Part shown: piece by piece, positions 19,662 to 29,636 of the stretch
Layout: every line of letters begins with the position of its first letter
How positions within the stretch are numbered: position 1 is the first letter of the stretch
NCBI GenBank assembly: GCA_963723745.1
Contig: CAVRRZ010000001.1
Span: 1,334,183 to 1,374,182 of the forward strand
Direction: 5' to 3'
Length of the DNA: 40,000 bases
Source of the DNA: an uncultured Actinomycetota bacterium
GTDB lineage: Bacteria; Actinomycetota; Actinomycetes; Mycobacteriales; Geodermatophilaceae
Translations under genes and position numbers: made by a program
The notes under the pieces: model-generated
Database searches by the model: none
What the model saw: the letters and a program-made list of their open reading frames with translations, nothing else
Told to the model about the DNA's origin: nothing

Positions 19662-20380
19662 ACGTCTTCGGCGACGCGTTCGTCTACCTCAACGACCCGT
19701 TCAACTGGACCCGCACGGGCGGGATCCTCGACCTGCTCGTCGAGCACCTGGCCGTCTCGGCGGTCGCGGTGCTCGCCGCGGCGCTGCTGGCGATCCCGCT
19801 CGGCATCTTCCTGGGGACGACGGGGCGGGGGGGCGGCGCCGTCGTCGTCCTCTCCAACGTCAGCCGGGCCGTGCCGACGCTGGCGCTGCTCACCCTGTTC
19901 GCCGTCACCCCGATCGGCTTCGGCAACGAGGCCACGGCGATCGCGCTGGCCGTCTTCGCCTTCCCGCCGATCCTGACCAACACCTTCGTCGGCTTCCGGG
20001 AGGTCGATCGCGACGTCCGCGAGGCCGCCCGTGCCATGGGCATGCGCCGGGGGCAGGTCGTCCGTCGCGTCGACCTGCCGCTCGCGATGCCCCTGATCAT
20101 GACCGGCGTGCGGACGGCGGCGGTGCAGGTGGTCGCGACGGCGACCCTGGCCGCGCTCGTCGGCGGCGGCGGGCTCGGCCGGATCATCAACCTCGGCTTC
20201 GGCCAGCAGGACTACGGCCAGATCATCGCCGGCGCCCTGCTCGTCGCGGCCCTCGCGCTGCTCACCGAGGCGCTGCTGGTGCTGCTGTCCGCGGCGCTCA
20301 CCCCCGGCCCCCGCCGGTTCGCGCTTCCGCGGCTCGGTCGGCGGTCGGGTGAACCACAGGCTTCCGCCGTCCCCCTCTGA
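19658..20380 (+). CDS. ABC transporter permease (second subunit)
   Basis: The GTG at 19658 overlaps the preceding TGA. EAA-like loop EVDRDVREAARAMGMRRGQVVRRVDLPLAMP. Confidence 0.8.
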   Translation: MNVFGDAFVYLNDPFNWTRTGGILDLLVEHLAVSAVAVLAAALLAIPLGIFLGTTGRGGGAVVVLSNVSRAVPTLALLTLFAVTPIGFGNEATAIALAVFAFPPILTNTFVGFREVDRDVREAARAMGMRRGQVVRRVDLPLAMPLIMTGVRTAAVQVVATATLAALVGGGGLGRIINLGFGQQDYGQIIAGALLVAALALLTEALLVLLSAALTPGPRRFALPRLGRRSGEPQASAVPL

Positions 20381-20523
20381 GGCCGCTCCGGTAACGGAAG
20401 GGCAACAGCTGGGCCGCGACATTGCCGTGTACCACCGGGTGGAGTTCCATGATCGGTGCGGGAGTCCTCCCGCCAGACACGCGTGCGGCCCGCGAGCCGC
20501 ACGGGACACAGAAGGCGGGCACC

Positions 20524-21528
20524 ATGCGCACACGTTCCCGGATCCTCGCGCCCCTGGCCGCCTCGGTGCTGCTGCTCGGCGTGGCCGCCTGCGGCGAGTC
20601 CGGCTCCTCCGGCACCGGCGGTGGCTCGGAGACCGACAGCACCGACGGTGCGTCGGCCGGCGGTGAGAACTGCGCGCCGGTCGCCGGCGACCAGCTCGTC
20701 GTCCTGGAGGACGACCAGGAGCTGCAGAACGCGGACAACATCATTCCGGCGGTCAACGCCGAGGCGGCGGACCCGGTGCTGATCCGGGCGCTCAACGCGG
20801 TGTCCGAGGCGCTGACCACCGACGAGCTGATCGAGATGAACGCCGCCGTCGAACTCCAGCGCGAGAGCGCGGAGGACGTCGCCGCCGCCTGGGTCGAGGA
20901 GAACATCGACCCCGCAGGGCTCGAGCAGGGCAGCGGCTCGATCGTCGTGGGCGGCGCCAACTTCCCCGAGTCGACCATCCTCGCCAACGTCTACGCCGAC
21001 GTCCTGACGGCCGCCGGCTACGACGCCTCCGTGCGGGAGGTCGGCAACCGCGAGCTCTACCTGCCGGCGCTGCAGGACGGCGACATCCAGGTGTTCCCCG
21101 AGTACCTGGCCACGGTGACCGAGTTCCTCGACGGCGACGACACCAACCAGGTCGCCTCCGGCGACGTCGGAGCCACCGTCGAGGCGTTGCAGCCGCTGGC
21201 CGAGGAGGCCGGCCTGGTGTTCGGCGAGCCGTCCGAGGCCGCCGACCAGAACGCCTTCGCCGTCACCCAGGAGTTCGCCGACTCGCTCGGGGTCGGCACC
21301 CTGTCCGAGCTCGCCGACGTCTGTGGCGAGGGGCTGATCCTCGGAGGGCCGGCCGAGTGCCCGGAACGGCCGTTCTGCAAGCCGGGTCTCGAGGAGACCT
21401 ACGGCCTGGAGTTCGACAGCTTCCGCGAGCTCGACGCCGGCGGCCCGCTGACCCGCGCCGCCATCGAGCAGGGCGAGATCTCCATCGGCCTGGTCTTCAG
21501 CTCCGCCGGGTTCCTCGCCGAAGGCTGA
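20524..21528 (+). CDS. glycine betaine/choline-type substrate-binding lipoprotein
   Basis: Start ATG 20524. Lipobox LLGVAACG followed by a Gly/Ser/Thr linker. OpuAC-like segments (VVGGANFPESTILANVYADVL, VFPEYLATV, ISIGLVFSS). Segment order looks permuted relative to the commonest arrangement, which is known for this family. Confidence 0.75.
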   Translation: MRTRSRILAPLAASVLLLGVAACGESGSSGTGGGSETDSTDGASAGGENCAPVAGDQLVVLEDDQELQNADNIIPAVNAEAADPVLIRALNAVSEALTTDELIEMNAAVELQRESAEDVAAAWVEENIDPAGLEQGSGSIVVGGANFPESTILANVYADVLTAAGYDASVREVGNRELYLPALQDGDIQVFPEYLATVTEFLDGDDTNQVASGDVGATVEALQPLAEEAGLVFGEPSEAADQNAFAVTQEFADSLGVGTLSELADVCGEGLILGGPAECPERPFCKPGLEETYGLEFDSFRELDAGGPLTRAAIEQGEISIGLVFSSAGFLAEG

Positions 21529-21546
21529 CCGGGCAACACCGACCCG

Positions 21547-21606
21547 GGTAAAGGAAGCGATACCCCTCCTTCGCGGCGCCAGGGCGGGGGTAAAGCTTCC
21601 TTTGCC
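21547..21606. repeat. repeated intergenic hairpin element, family 1, copy B (degenerate)
   Basis: Arms ggtaaaggaagcgatacccc / ggggtaaagcttcctttgcc with 3 mismatches or wobbles. It lies between the convergent binding-protein gene and DUF1684 and abuts the DUF1684 stop at 21607. Confidence 0.7.
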
Positions 21607-22212
21607 TCAGTACCAGCCGCCGGCGGGGAGCTGCTCGCCGGCGGCCACCACCGCGGGGATCCGGTTGCCCTCGGGCGCCAGCGGGCACGACCAGCGCGGG
21701 TCGTACGCGCAGGACGGGTGGTAGGCGACGTTCAGGTCGACGACCAGCCGGTTCCCCGTGCCGCCCAGGTCGGCGCCCTTCACGGTGTCGAGCAGGTAGC
21801 GGCCGCCGCCGTAGGTGGTCGCGCCGGCGCTGCCGTCGCGCAGGGGCACGAAGACGCCGCCGCCGTAGCTGTCGAGCCACCACACGTCGACGCGGCCGAG
21901 AGCACCCAGGGCCACCGTGCCGATGCGCTCGAAGGGCACCACGCCGTCCGAGGCGGTCGGCACCTCGCGGCGTTCGGGCGGGGCCGGCTCGAGCTCGGGT
22001 TCGAACCGCAGCGCCGGATCGTAGGGCGCGAAGGGCAGTCCCGAGAAGCCCGCGCGCACCTCCGGTGACAGTGGCGAGTCCGGGTGGGCGGCGAACATCT
22101 CGTCCCGGCCGTCGCGCCACGTGCGCCAGCCGACCTCCGGGTCGGCGGCGGCGCGGGCGGCGCCGAAGAGGGCGGAGGTACGGCGTCGCCAGTCGAGCAA
22201 TGAGAGCGTCAC
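21607..22212 (-). CDS. DUF1684 family protein
   Basis: Start proposed at GTG 22212 (VTLSLLDW..). C-terminal signature YHPSCAYDPRWSCPLAPEGNRI..AGE is typical of DUF1684 as I recall it. The longer track ORF (to 22563) is antisense to the neighbour's repeat region. Confidence 0.6.
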   Translation of the reverse strand: MTLSLLDWRRRTSALFGAARAAADPEVGWRTWRDGRDEMFAAHPDSPLSPEVRAGFSGLPFAPYDPALRFEPELEPAPPERREVPTASDGVVPFERIGTVALGALGRVDVWWLDSYGGGVFVPLRDGSAGATTYGGGRYLLDTVKGADLGGTGNRLVVDLNVAYHPSCAYDPRWSCPLAPEGNRIPAVVAAGEQLPAGGWY

Positions 22213-22300
22213 CGGGCAACTGTCGCAGTCCCGACGTCGGTGCCGCGCGGTAACCGGACGTTGCCGTCTCCGTGACGACGACGGCGCTACGCTGGCACGC

Positions 22301-24118
22301 ATGCCGAGGCGCCAGGACGACGGATCATCCTGGCGCCCGCACGACACCGACCGGAGCATCGACCCCTTCGACGGGCCCGCGCGCGGGGTGTCGAGGCCGG
22401 TCTCGCCGCGGTCCGCGGCGAGACCACCCGTGCCTCCGCTACCGTCCCGGCCGTCCGCCGGCGATGACCCGGCCGCCCGCACCGGTTCGAACCGCCCCGG
22501 CACGAAACAACCCGGCGCGAAACAGCCCGGCACGAAACAGCCCGGCACGAAACAACCCGGCACAGCCTCCTCGTCCCGGCTGCCGTCGCAGGGCCGGCGC
22601 TACAGGCCCACCGGACTGCGGACGCCGCTGCTCGCGGGCGGGGCGGTGCTCGCCGTCGGTGCCACGCTGCTGGTGTTCCTGACCGACAACCCCGACCTGT
22701 TGCGCGTCGCGGTGGTCGCGGCCGCCTGGGCGTTCGTCCTGGCCACGTTGGTCGCGGGCCGCCGCCGGGCCGACGAGACCGCCGCCGAGGGGCGCGAGAC
22801 GGCGCTGCGCCGTGCCTACGAGCACCAGCTCGAGCGGGAGGTGGCCGCCCGGCGCGAGTTCGAGCTGGAGCTGGAGAACGAGGTGCGCCGCGAGGCCGAG
22901 GAGGCCATGCGCGCCGAGATCGACGCCCTGCGCGAGGACCTGGCCGGCCTGGCGGCGCTGCGCGAGGAGGTGTCCCGCGTCGCCGACCTCAAGGACGACG
23001 TCGCGTCGCTCACCGCCCTGCGCGCCGAGGTGGCACGGGTGGCCGCCCTCCGCGACGACGTCCTCGCCCTGACCGCGTTGCGCACGGAGCTGGGACAGGT
23101 CGGCGAGCTGCGTGCCGACCTCGGACGACTGCGGGCGGAGCTCACCGAGCAGCTGTCCAGCGAGATGCTGGTCGAGCGGATCGTGATGCGCACCCAGGCC
23201 GGCCGGCTCGACGCGGCGCCCTCCTGGCGGGAGGACCCCCCGCGCGAGCTCACCGGTGGCTGGCCGGCGGTCCGGCTCGACGAGTCACCGGCCACCCAGC
23301 AGTACCCGGCGACGCCCCAGCGCCACTCCGCGGTACCGCAGTATCCGGGAACACAGCAGTACCCCGTCGCGCAGCAGTTCGAGACGACGACGCAGCAGTT
23401 CGAGCGGATCCGCGTCGACCGGCCCATGCGCGCCTGGGAGCCCGCGACCGGGGGGTTCGCGATGCCGGCGGCCCAGGCGCCGGCCCCGGCGGTGTCGGCC
23501 CCGACCCCGGCCCCGCCCCCGGCGGCCCAGGCCCCGGCCCCGCAGCCCGCGCCGCTCCCGGTCGCCGAGCCGCCTGCCTGGATGCCCGTCGCGCCGGCCA
23601 CCGAGGGCTACGGGCTGCCCGACCTGCCGGCCCGCCGGTCGCGACACTCCGCGGCCGCGGACGACGACGCCGAGCCGCTGCCGACTTCTCCGCCGCCGTC
23701 CCCGGTCGAGTGGCTGGCCGCCCGTTCGCTGCTCGACGAGCCGGCGACCCAGGAGCGACCGCGCCCCTCGCCGCGACGCCGTCGGACCGACGACGACGAC
23801 CCGCTCGCACACCCCCTGCTCCCGCCGCGACCGGAGGACGCCCGGACCACCGAACGGCCGGCCGCCCCGGCGCCGAGCAGCTCGGCCTACCCCTTCGGGG
23901 CACCCGCCCCGCTCCCGCAGCCCGAGCCGGCCGGGCCCGAGCCGGCCGTGCCCGGGCCGGCGGCGCCCGGGCCGGCCGCCGGAACCGGCTCGGTGCGCGT
24001 CGACCAGATCCTCGCCGACAGCGGGGTCACCCCCGCCACCGGCAGCCGCCGGAGGCGCCGCTACCGGGAGGACGACGGCTCCGACGACGTCCTCTCGCGG
24101 GTGCTCCGCGGCGGCTGA
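22301..24118 (+). CDS. Pro/Ala/Arg-rich membrane protein with central coiled coil (position of Rv3604c)
   Basis: 605 aa from ATG 22301. Two hydrophobic segments at about 22620-22770. Three 20-aa tandem repeats (22949-23128), then a long Pro/Ala/Gln-rich tail. No catalytic motif recognised. Confidence 0.6.
   Translation: MPRRQDDGSSWRPHDTDRSIDPFDGPARGVSRPVSPRSAARPPVPPLPSRPSAGDDPAARTGSNRPGTKQPGAKQPGTKQPGTKQPGTASSSRLPSQGRRYRPTGLRTPLLAGGAVLAVGATLLVFLTDNPDLLRVAVVAAAWAFVLATLVAGRRRADETAAEGRETALRRAYEHQLEREVAARREFELELENEVRREAEEAMRAEIDALREDLAGLAALREEVSRVADLKDDVASLTALRAEVARVAALRDDVLALTALRTELGQVGELRADLGRLRAELTEQLSSEMLVERIVMRTQAGRLDAAPSWREDPPRELTGGWPAVRLDESPATQQYPATPQRHSAVPQYPGTQQYPVAQQFETTTQQFERIRVDRPMRAWEPATGGFAMPAAQAPAPAVSAPTPAPPPAAQAPAPQPAPLPVAEPPAWMPVAPATEGYGLPDLPARRSRHSAAADDDAEPLPTSPPPSPVEWLAARSLLDEPATQERPRPSPRRRRTDDDDPLAHPLLPPRPEDARTTERPAAPAPSSSAYPFGAPAPLPQPEPAGPEPAVPGPAAPGPAAGTGSVRVDQILADSGVTPATGSRRRRRYREDDGSDDVLSRVLRGG
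22496..22563 (+). repeat. in-frame 15-bp tandem repeat, about 4.5 copies, encoding (PG[TA]KQ)4-PGT
   Basis: cccggcacgaaacaa / cccggcgcgaaacag / cccggcacgaaacag / cccggcacgaaacaa / cccggcac. Read directly. Confidence 0.9.
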
Positions 24119-24342
24119 CGCGTCGCCCGCGTGAGGTAGCCCACAGCGCTGCTGCGTTGCAGGGGCGCGCCGGCCGTCCGACACTCGCTCGAAGGACTTC
24201 CTGCGTGACACCCGAGGTTGCAGCAGGGGCCCGGCACGAGCACACCACGCGCCACCGCACCACCCTGGCGGCCTCCGACGGCGGAGGCCACGGAACCGAT
24301 AGTCCGGTACCCGCCCGCGGGACTGGAACGAGAGGTGCACCG

Positions 24343-25320
24343 ATGCCTGCTGCCCGCAGGACCGTTCGCTCCGCCGGCCTCGTGCCGGCCGACACCGCCC
24401 CCGCCCGTCTCCGCGTCGGCGTCATCGGCGCCGGACGTGTCGGCGCCGTCCTGGGCGCCGCCCTCGACGCGGCCGGCCACGAGGTGGTCGCCGCCGCCGG
24501 TCTGTCCGCGGCGTCCGCCGACCGCGCCGCCCGGCTGTTGCCCGGCGTCCCGCTGGTCCCTGCCGACGAGGTCGTGGCCGTCTCCGACCTCGTCGTCCTG
24601 GCCGTGCCCGACGACACGCTCCCCGGTCTGGTCGCCGGCCTCGCCGGCACCGGCGCCTGGCGGGCCGGGCAGATCGCCTTCCACACCTCGGGTGCGCACG
24701 GCCTGGCCGTGCTCGAACCCGCCGAGCGGGCCGGGGTGCTGCCGCTGGCCCTCCACCCGGCGATGACGTTCTCCGGGGGCACCGAGGACACCGACCGGCT
24801 GCCCGGCGCACCCTTCGGCGTGACCAGCCGGGCGCTGCACCGGCCCGTGGCGGAGACCCTCGTGCTGGAGATGGGGGGCGAGCCGTTCTTCGTCGCCGAG
24901 GAGGACCGGCGGCTCTACCACGCGGCCCTGGTCACCGGCGCCAACCACCTGGTCACGCTCGTGGCCGAGGCCGCCGACCTGCTCCGCGCGGCGGGCATCG
25001 ACGCGCCCGCCCGCGTCCTCGGCCCGCTGCTGACGGCCGCGCTGGACAACGCGCTGCGCCGCGGCGACGGCGGGCTGACCGGCCCGGTCAGCCGCGGTGA
25101 CGTCGGCACCGTCGGCGACCACCTCGACACGCTCGCCGAGCGGGCCCCGGCCTCGGTCGGGGCCTACGTGGCGATGGCCCGGCGCACCACCGAGCGGGCC
25201 CTGGCCGCCGGGCGGCTCAAGACGCACGAAGGTGCCCCGCTGCTCGACCTGCTCGGCGGCGCATCCGCCCACCCCGCCACCCCGGGGTCCCGCGACACCG
25301 ACCCGGCGGGCTCCCGGTGA
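24343..25320 (+). CDS. Rossmann-fold NAD(P)-binding protein, DUF2520-like (position of Rv3603c)
   Basis: Start ATG 24343 with gagagg upstream. Dinucleotide fingerprint [10 protein letters not shown]. The TGA overlaps the panC GTG. Confidence 0.65.
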   Translation: MPAARRTVRSAGLVPADTAPARLRVGVIGAGRVGAVLGAALDAAGHEVVAAAGLSAASADRAARLLPGVPLVPADEVVAVSDLVVLAVPDDTLPGLVAGLAGTGAWRAGQIAFHTSGAHGLAVLEPAERAGVLPLALHPAMTFSGGTEDTDRLPGAPFGVTSRALHRPVAETLVLEMGGEPFFVAEEDRRLYHAALVTGANHLVTLVAEAADLLRAAGIDAPARVLGPLLTAALDNALRRGDGGLTGPVSRGDVGTVGDHLDTLAERAPASVGAYVAMARRTTERALAAGRLKTHEGAPLLDLLGGASAHPATPGSRDTDPAGSR

Positions 25321-26171
25321 CCGCACACGCGCCGGTCGTCGTCGAGACCGCCACCGACCTGCACAAGCACCGGGCCGACCTGCCCGGCCCGGTGGCGCTG
25401 GTCCCGACCATGGGCGCCCTGCACGAGGGGCACCGGTCGCTGGTCCGGGCCGCCCGCGAGCGGGCCGGCTCGGTCGTCGTCTCGGTCTTCGTCAACCCGA
25501 CCCAGTTCGGCCCGGGGGAGGACTTCGACCGCTACCCGCGCACGTGGGCCGACGATCTCGCGGCACTGGCCGACGAGGGGGCCGACCTGGTGTTCCACCC
25601 GGAGGTCGACGAGGTCTACCCACCCGGGGCCGCGGGGGTCACCGTCTCGCCGGGTCCGCTCGGTTCGGTGCTGGAGGGGGCGGTCCGGCCCGGACACTTC
25701 GCCGGAGTGCTGACCGTCGTCGCCAAGCTCCTCGGCCTCGTCCGGCCCGACCTGGCGTTCTTCGGTGAGAAGGACTACCAGCAGCTCACGCTGATCCGGG
25801 CCATGGCGCGCGAACTGGCGCTGGGCGTGGAGGTGGTCGGCGTCCCCACCGTCCGCGAGCCGGACGGACTGGCGCTGTCCAGCCGCAACCGCTACCTCTC
25901 CGCCGGCGAGCGGTCGGCCGCGCTGGCGCTGTCCAGGGCCCTGCGAGCGGGTGCGGCCGCCGGGGTGCGCGGCGCCGAGGCCGTCCTCGCCGCCGCCCGT
26001 GCGGAGCTGGCCGCGGAACCGGACCTGCGGCCGGACTACCTGGAACTGACCGATCCCGACCTCGGACCCGCCCCGACGGCCGGCCCCGGCCGCCTGCTGG
26101 TGGCCGCCCGGGCGGGCACCACCCGACTCCTCGACAACGCACCGATCACCCTCGGAGAAGAGCCCCGATGA
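25317..26171 (+). CDS. panC: pantoate--beta-alanine ligase
   Basis: [38 protein letters not shown]. Confidence 0.9.
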   Translation: MTAHAPVVVETATDLHKHRADLPGPVALVPTMGALHEGHRSLVRAARERAGSVVVSVFVNPTQFGPGEDFDRYPRTWADDLAALADEGADLVFHPEVDEVYPPGAAGVTVSPGPLGSVLEGAVRPGHFAGVLTVVAKLLGLVRPDLAFFGEKDYQQLTLIRAMARELALGVEVVGVPTVREPDGLALSSRNRYLSAGERSAALALSRALRAGAAAGVRGAEAVLAAARAELAAEPDLRPDYLELTDPDLGPAPTAGPGRLLVAARAGTTRLLDNAPITLGEEPR

Positions 26172-26587
26172 TGCGCACGATGCTCAAGAGCAAGATCCAC
26201 CGCGCGACGGTGACGCAGGCCGACCTGCACTACGTCGGCTCGGTCACGGTCGACGAGGACCTGCTCGACGCGGCCGATCTGCTGCCCGGCGAGCAGGTCG
26301 CGATCGTCGACGTCACCAACGGCGCACGCCTGGAGACCTACGTCATCCCCGGTGCGCGGGGCAGCGGCGTCATCGGCATCAACGGCGCCGCCGCCCACCT
26401 CGTGCACCCCGGCGACCTGGTGATCCTGATCAGCTACGGGGTGATGGACGAGACCGAGGCCAAGAGCTACCTGCCGAAGGTCGTCCACGTCGACGCCGCC
26501 AACCGGGTGGTCGAGCTGGGCGGCGACCCGGCGGCGCCCGCGCCGGGCATGCCGGACCAGCGGCGCGGCGACGTCGTCGCCCGGTGA
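26168..26587 (+). CDS. panD: aspartate 1-decarboxylase
   Basis: ATGA overlap with pan[24 protein letters not shown] contains the G-S self-processing site. Confidence 0.9.
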   Translation: MMRTMLKSKIHRATVTQADLHYVGSVTVDEDLLDAADLLPGEQVAIVDVTNGARLETYVIPGARGSGVIGINGAAAHLVHPGDLVILISYGVMDETEAKSYLPKVVHVDAANRVVELGGDPAAPAPGMPDQRRGDVVAR

Positions 26588-26621
26588 GGGAGCGCGACCG
26601 ACCCGGAGCGGAGGCGGACCG

Positions 26622-27440
26622 GTGCTCCTGACCGTCGACGTCGGCAACAGCCAGACCGTCCTCGCCACGTTCGACGGCGACCGGCGGGTCGGCAGCTGGC
26701 GGGTCACCACGGCGCCCCGGGCCACGGCCGACGAGCTGCTGCTGCTCTGGCGCGGCCTGTTGCGGGACACCGAGGTCACCGGCGTCTGCGCCTGCTCGAC
26801 GGTGCCGGCGCTCCTGCCCGCGCTGCGGGAGCTGCTCGACGCCCTCGCCGTCCCCGTGGTGCTCATCGGGCCGGGGGTGCGCACCGGCGTGCCGCTGCAC
26901 GTCGACAACCCCCGCGAGGTGGGTGCCGACCGCGTGGTCACCGCGCTCGCCGCGCACGAGATGTTCGGCCGGCGGCCGGACGGGCGGGGCCGCCCCGTGG
27001 TCGTCGTCGACTTCGGCACCTCCACCAACGTCGACGCCGTGGGGCCGGCCGGGCAGTTCCTCGGAGGCGCCCTGGCGCCGGGGCTCGAGGTCAGCCTGGA
27101 GGCGCTGGCCACCCGGGCGGCCCAGCTGCGATCCGTCGAGCTCACCGTGCCGACGCAGGCGATCGGCAAGAACACCGTCGCCGCGCTGCAGTCGGGGCTC
27201 GTCCTCGGGTTCGCCGGGCTCGTCGACGGGCTGGTGAGCCGCATCGCCGGGGAGCTCGTCGCCCAGTTCGACGCCGCGCCCCTCGTCGTGGCCACCGGAG
27301 GTCTCGCCCCCCTGGTGGCCGACAGCTGCCGCTCGATCGGCGAACGGGAGCCGGATCTGACCGTCCACGGCCTCCGGCTCGCCTTCGAGCGGCAGCAGGC
27401 GACCGGTTCCCCGCCGACCCGCCGTCCGGCCTCCCCGTAG
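26622..27440 (+). CDS. coaX: type III pantothenate kinase
   Basis: Start GTG 26622. [28 protein letters not shown]. Confidence 0.85.
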   Translation: MLLTVDVGNSQTVLATFDGDRRVGSWRVTTAPRATADELLLLWRGLLRDTEVTGVCACSTVPALLPALRELLDALAVPVVLIGPGVRTGVPLHVDNPREVGADRVVTALAAHEMFGRRPDGRGRPVVVVDFGTSTNVDAVGPAGQFLGGALAPGLEVSLEALATRAAQLRSVELTVPTQAIGKNTVAALQSGLVLGFAGLVDGLVSRIAGELVAQFDAAPLVVATGGLAPLVADSCRSIGEREPDLTVHGLRLAFERQQATGSPPTRRPASP

Positions 27441-27451
27441 GCTCGCTGCCC

Positions 27452-29059
27452 GTGAGTGACGAACCGCCGGCCCCAGGAGCACCAGCCGACGACAGCCCCG
27501 GGAGCATTCCAGCGAGGAACGAGCGAGGAGCGGGCCAGGACGCGGAGTCCGGCCAGGCCGCCGGCCCGGAAGCACAGCCGCCCGACGACGAGCTGCCCGA
27601 GCAGATGCGCGTGCGCCGCGCCAAGCTGGACCGGCTGCGCGAGGCAGGGGCCGATCCCTACCCGGTCGCGGTGCCGCGGACGACCTCGCTGGCCGCCGTC
27701 CGTGCCGAGCACCCCGACCTCGAGCCGGACACCATGACCGGACAGCAGGTCGGCGTCGCCGGCCGGGTGATCTTCTCGCGCAACACGGGGAAGCTCTGCT
27801 TCGCGACGCTGCGCGAGGGGGACGCCGAGCTGCAGGTCATGCTGTCGCGCGACCGCGTGGGCGAGGACGCGCTGGCGGCCTGGAAGGCCGACGTCGACCT
27901 CGGCGACCACGTGGTGGTCACCGGTGAGGTCGGGACGTCGCGCCGCGGCGAGCTGTCGGTCTTCGCCGACTCCTGGCAGATGGCGGCCAAGGCGCTGCGG
28001 CCGCTGCCCGTGGCGCACAAGCCCATGAGCGAGGAACTGCGCGTCCGGCGCCGGTACGTCGACCTGATCGTCCGTGACGAGGCGCGGCGGACGGTGCGCC
28101 AGCGCGCCACGGTGATGTCCACGCTGCGGGCAGGGCTGGACTCGCGGGGTTTCCTCGAGGTCGAGACGCCGATGCTGCAGACCGTGCACGGCGGGGCCAC
28201 GGCCCGGCCGTTCCGCACGCACATGAATGCGTTCGATCTCGAGCTGTACCTGCGGATCGCCCCGGAGCTGTTCCTCAAGCGGTGCATCGTCGGCGGCCTG
28301 GACCGGGTGTTCGAGATCAACCGCAACTTCCGCAACGAAGGCGCCGACAGCACGCACTCGCCCGAGTTCGCGATGCTCGAGACCTACGCCGCCTATGCCG
28401 ACTACCAGGTGATGGCCACGCTGACCCGCGAGCTGATCCAGGAATGCTCGATGGCCCTGTTCGGCGACCTGACCGCGCGTCACCACGACGGCACCGAGGT
28501 CGACCTGTCGGGGGAGTGGCCGCAGGTGCCGCTGTTCGGCGTCGTCTCGGACGCGGTGGGCGAGGAGGTGACCCCCGAGACGCCGGTCGAGAAGCTCCGC
28601 GCGATCGCCGAGCGGCACGGGATCGGCGTCGATCCGGTCTGGTTGCCGGGCAAGGTCGTGGAGGAGATCTTCGAGGCGCTCGTGCAGCCGACGCTGCAGG
28701 CGCCGACCTTCGTCGTCGACTACCCGGTGGACACCTCACCCCTCACCCGGGCGCACCGGTCGAAGCCGGGCCTGGCCGAGAAGTGGGACCTCTACATCGT
28801 CGGCGTCGAGCGGGCGACGGCCTACTCCGAACTCGTCGACCCCGTCGTCCAGCGGGAGCGGTTCACGGCGCAGGCGGCACTGGCCGCGGCCGGCGACCCG
28901 GAGGCCATGGCCCTCGACGAGGACTTTCTCGAGGCCCTGGAATACGGCATGCCGCCCACGGGCGGCATGGGCATGGGGATCGACCGGCTGATGATGACGC
29001 TCACCGGCCTCGGTATCCGGGAAACGATCCTCTTCCCCTTGGTGCGTCCCATTTCCTGA
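27452..29059 (+). CDS. lysS: lysine--tRNA ligase (class II)
   Basis: OB-fold N-domain. Class II motifs ([37 protein letters not shown]). It carries an acidic/Pro-rich N-terminal extension of about 50 aa. Confidence 0.9.
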   Translation: MSDEPPAPGAPADDSPGSIPARNERGAGQDAESGQAAGPEAQPPDDELPEQMRVRRAKLDRLREAGADPYPVAVPRTTSLAAVRAEHPDLEPDTMTGQQVGVAGRVIFSRNTGKLCFATLREGDAELQVMLSRDRVGEDALAAWKADVDLGDHVVVTGEVGTSRRGELSVFADSWQMAAKALRPLPVAHKPMSEELRVRRRYVDLIVRDEARRTVRQRATVMSTLRAGLDSRGFLEVETPMLQTVHGGATARPFRTHMNAFDLELYLRIAPELFLKRCIVGGLDRVFEINRNFRNEGADSTHSPEFAMLETYAAYADYQVMATLTRELIQECSMALFGDLTARHHDGTEVDLSGEWPQVPLFGVVSDAVGEEVTPETPVEKLRAIAERHGIGVDPVWLPGKVVEEIFEALVQPTLQAPTFVVDYPVDTSPLTRAHRSKPGLAEKWDLYIVGVERATAYSELVDPVVQRERFTAQAALAAAGDPEAMALDEDFLEALEYGMPPTGGMGMGIDRLMMTLTGLGIRETILFPLVRPIS

Positions 29060-29185
29060 ACGCCCCCGATCCGCTCCGTTCACCAAAAAGGAGCGGGCCG
29101 GATTGGTCCGGGCGCGCGCAGATGTGGTGAAATGGTTCCGCCGCCGCCCGATGGGCGGAAATTGACGCGCGAAAGAAGGAATCGA

Positions 29186-29530
29186 ATGGCTCGCAAGGTC
29201 CAGGTCATCCTGAGTGACGATCTCGACGAGAACCTTCCCGCCGACGAGACCGTGAGTTTCTCGCTCGACGGCACCTCGTACGAGATCGACCTGGCGGACA
29301 AGAACGCGAAGGAGATGCGGGACGTCTTCTCGCGCTACGTCTCCGCCGCGCGCAAGGTCGGCCGCGGCACCCGATCGTCCGGTGGCGGCCGCTCCCGCGG
29401 CACCGGCGGCCGCATGGACCGCGAGCAGGCCGGCGCGATCCGCGACTGGGCGCGCAAGAACGGTCATGCGGTCAGCGACCGGGGCCGCATCCCGGCCAGT
29501 GTCGTCGAGGCCTACGAGGCCGCCCACTGA
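29186..29530 (+). CDS. lsr2: nucleoid-associated protein Lsr2
   Basis: Start ATG 29186 with gaaagaagga upstream. Colinear with Mtb Lsr2 as I recall it ([16 protein letters not shown], Gly/Arg linker, [29 protein letters not shown]). Confidence 0.85.
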   Translation: MARKVQVILSDDLDENLPADETVSFSLDGTSYEIDLADKNAKEMRDVFSRYVSAARKVGRGTRSSGGGRSRGTGGRMDREQAGAIRDWARKNGHAVSDRGRIPASVVEAYEAAH

Positions 29531-29564
29531 GAAAGGGCCTCCCTACCCCCCGTCGCTCGCAGGC

Positions 29565-29598
29565 TCGCGGCGGGGCCCTGTAGGGAGGCCGCTCCAGC
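29565..29598 (-). repeat. repeated intergenic element, family 2, copy B
   Basis: The reverse complement reads gctggagcggcctccctacagggccccgccgcga and matches 9652-9684 at 30 of 34. Part of it (29580-29590) pairs with 29536-29546 (ggcctccctac/gtagggaggcc). Confidence 0.7.
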
Positions 29599-29608
29599 AC
29601 GTTGCTGC

Positions 29609-29636
29609 GGCCCGGTTCCCCCTCGGGGGCCGGGCC
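29609..29636 (+). terminator. GC hairpin in the lsr2-clpC spacer (terminator or leader structure)
   Basis: ggcccgg..ccccc-tc-ggggg..ccgggcc. A 7-bp outer stem plus a 4-5-bp inner stem; no U-tract. Confidence 0.3.

Noticed and set aside
20381-20523. An 8-bp hairpin cgtgcggc-ccgcga-gccgcacg (about 20482-20503) between the second permease and the binding-protein gene.
   Set aside because: It is short, with no U-tract and no repeat copy. Such intercistronic hairpins are common in ABC operons, and the evidence is insufficient for a regulatory call.
20524-21528. The betaine-type binding protein appears circularly permuted: the segment usually C-terminal, LVVLEDDQEL..ELIEMNAAV.., lies at the N-terminus.
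   Set aside because: Domain-order permutation is already known among ProX/OpuAC-type binding proteins as far as I recall. I judged it not novel and not checkable here.
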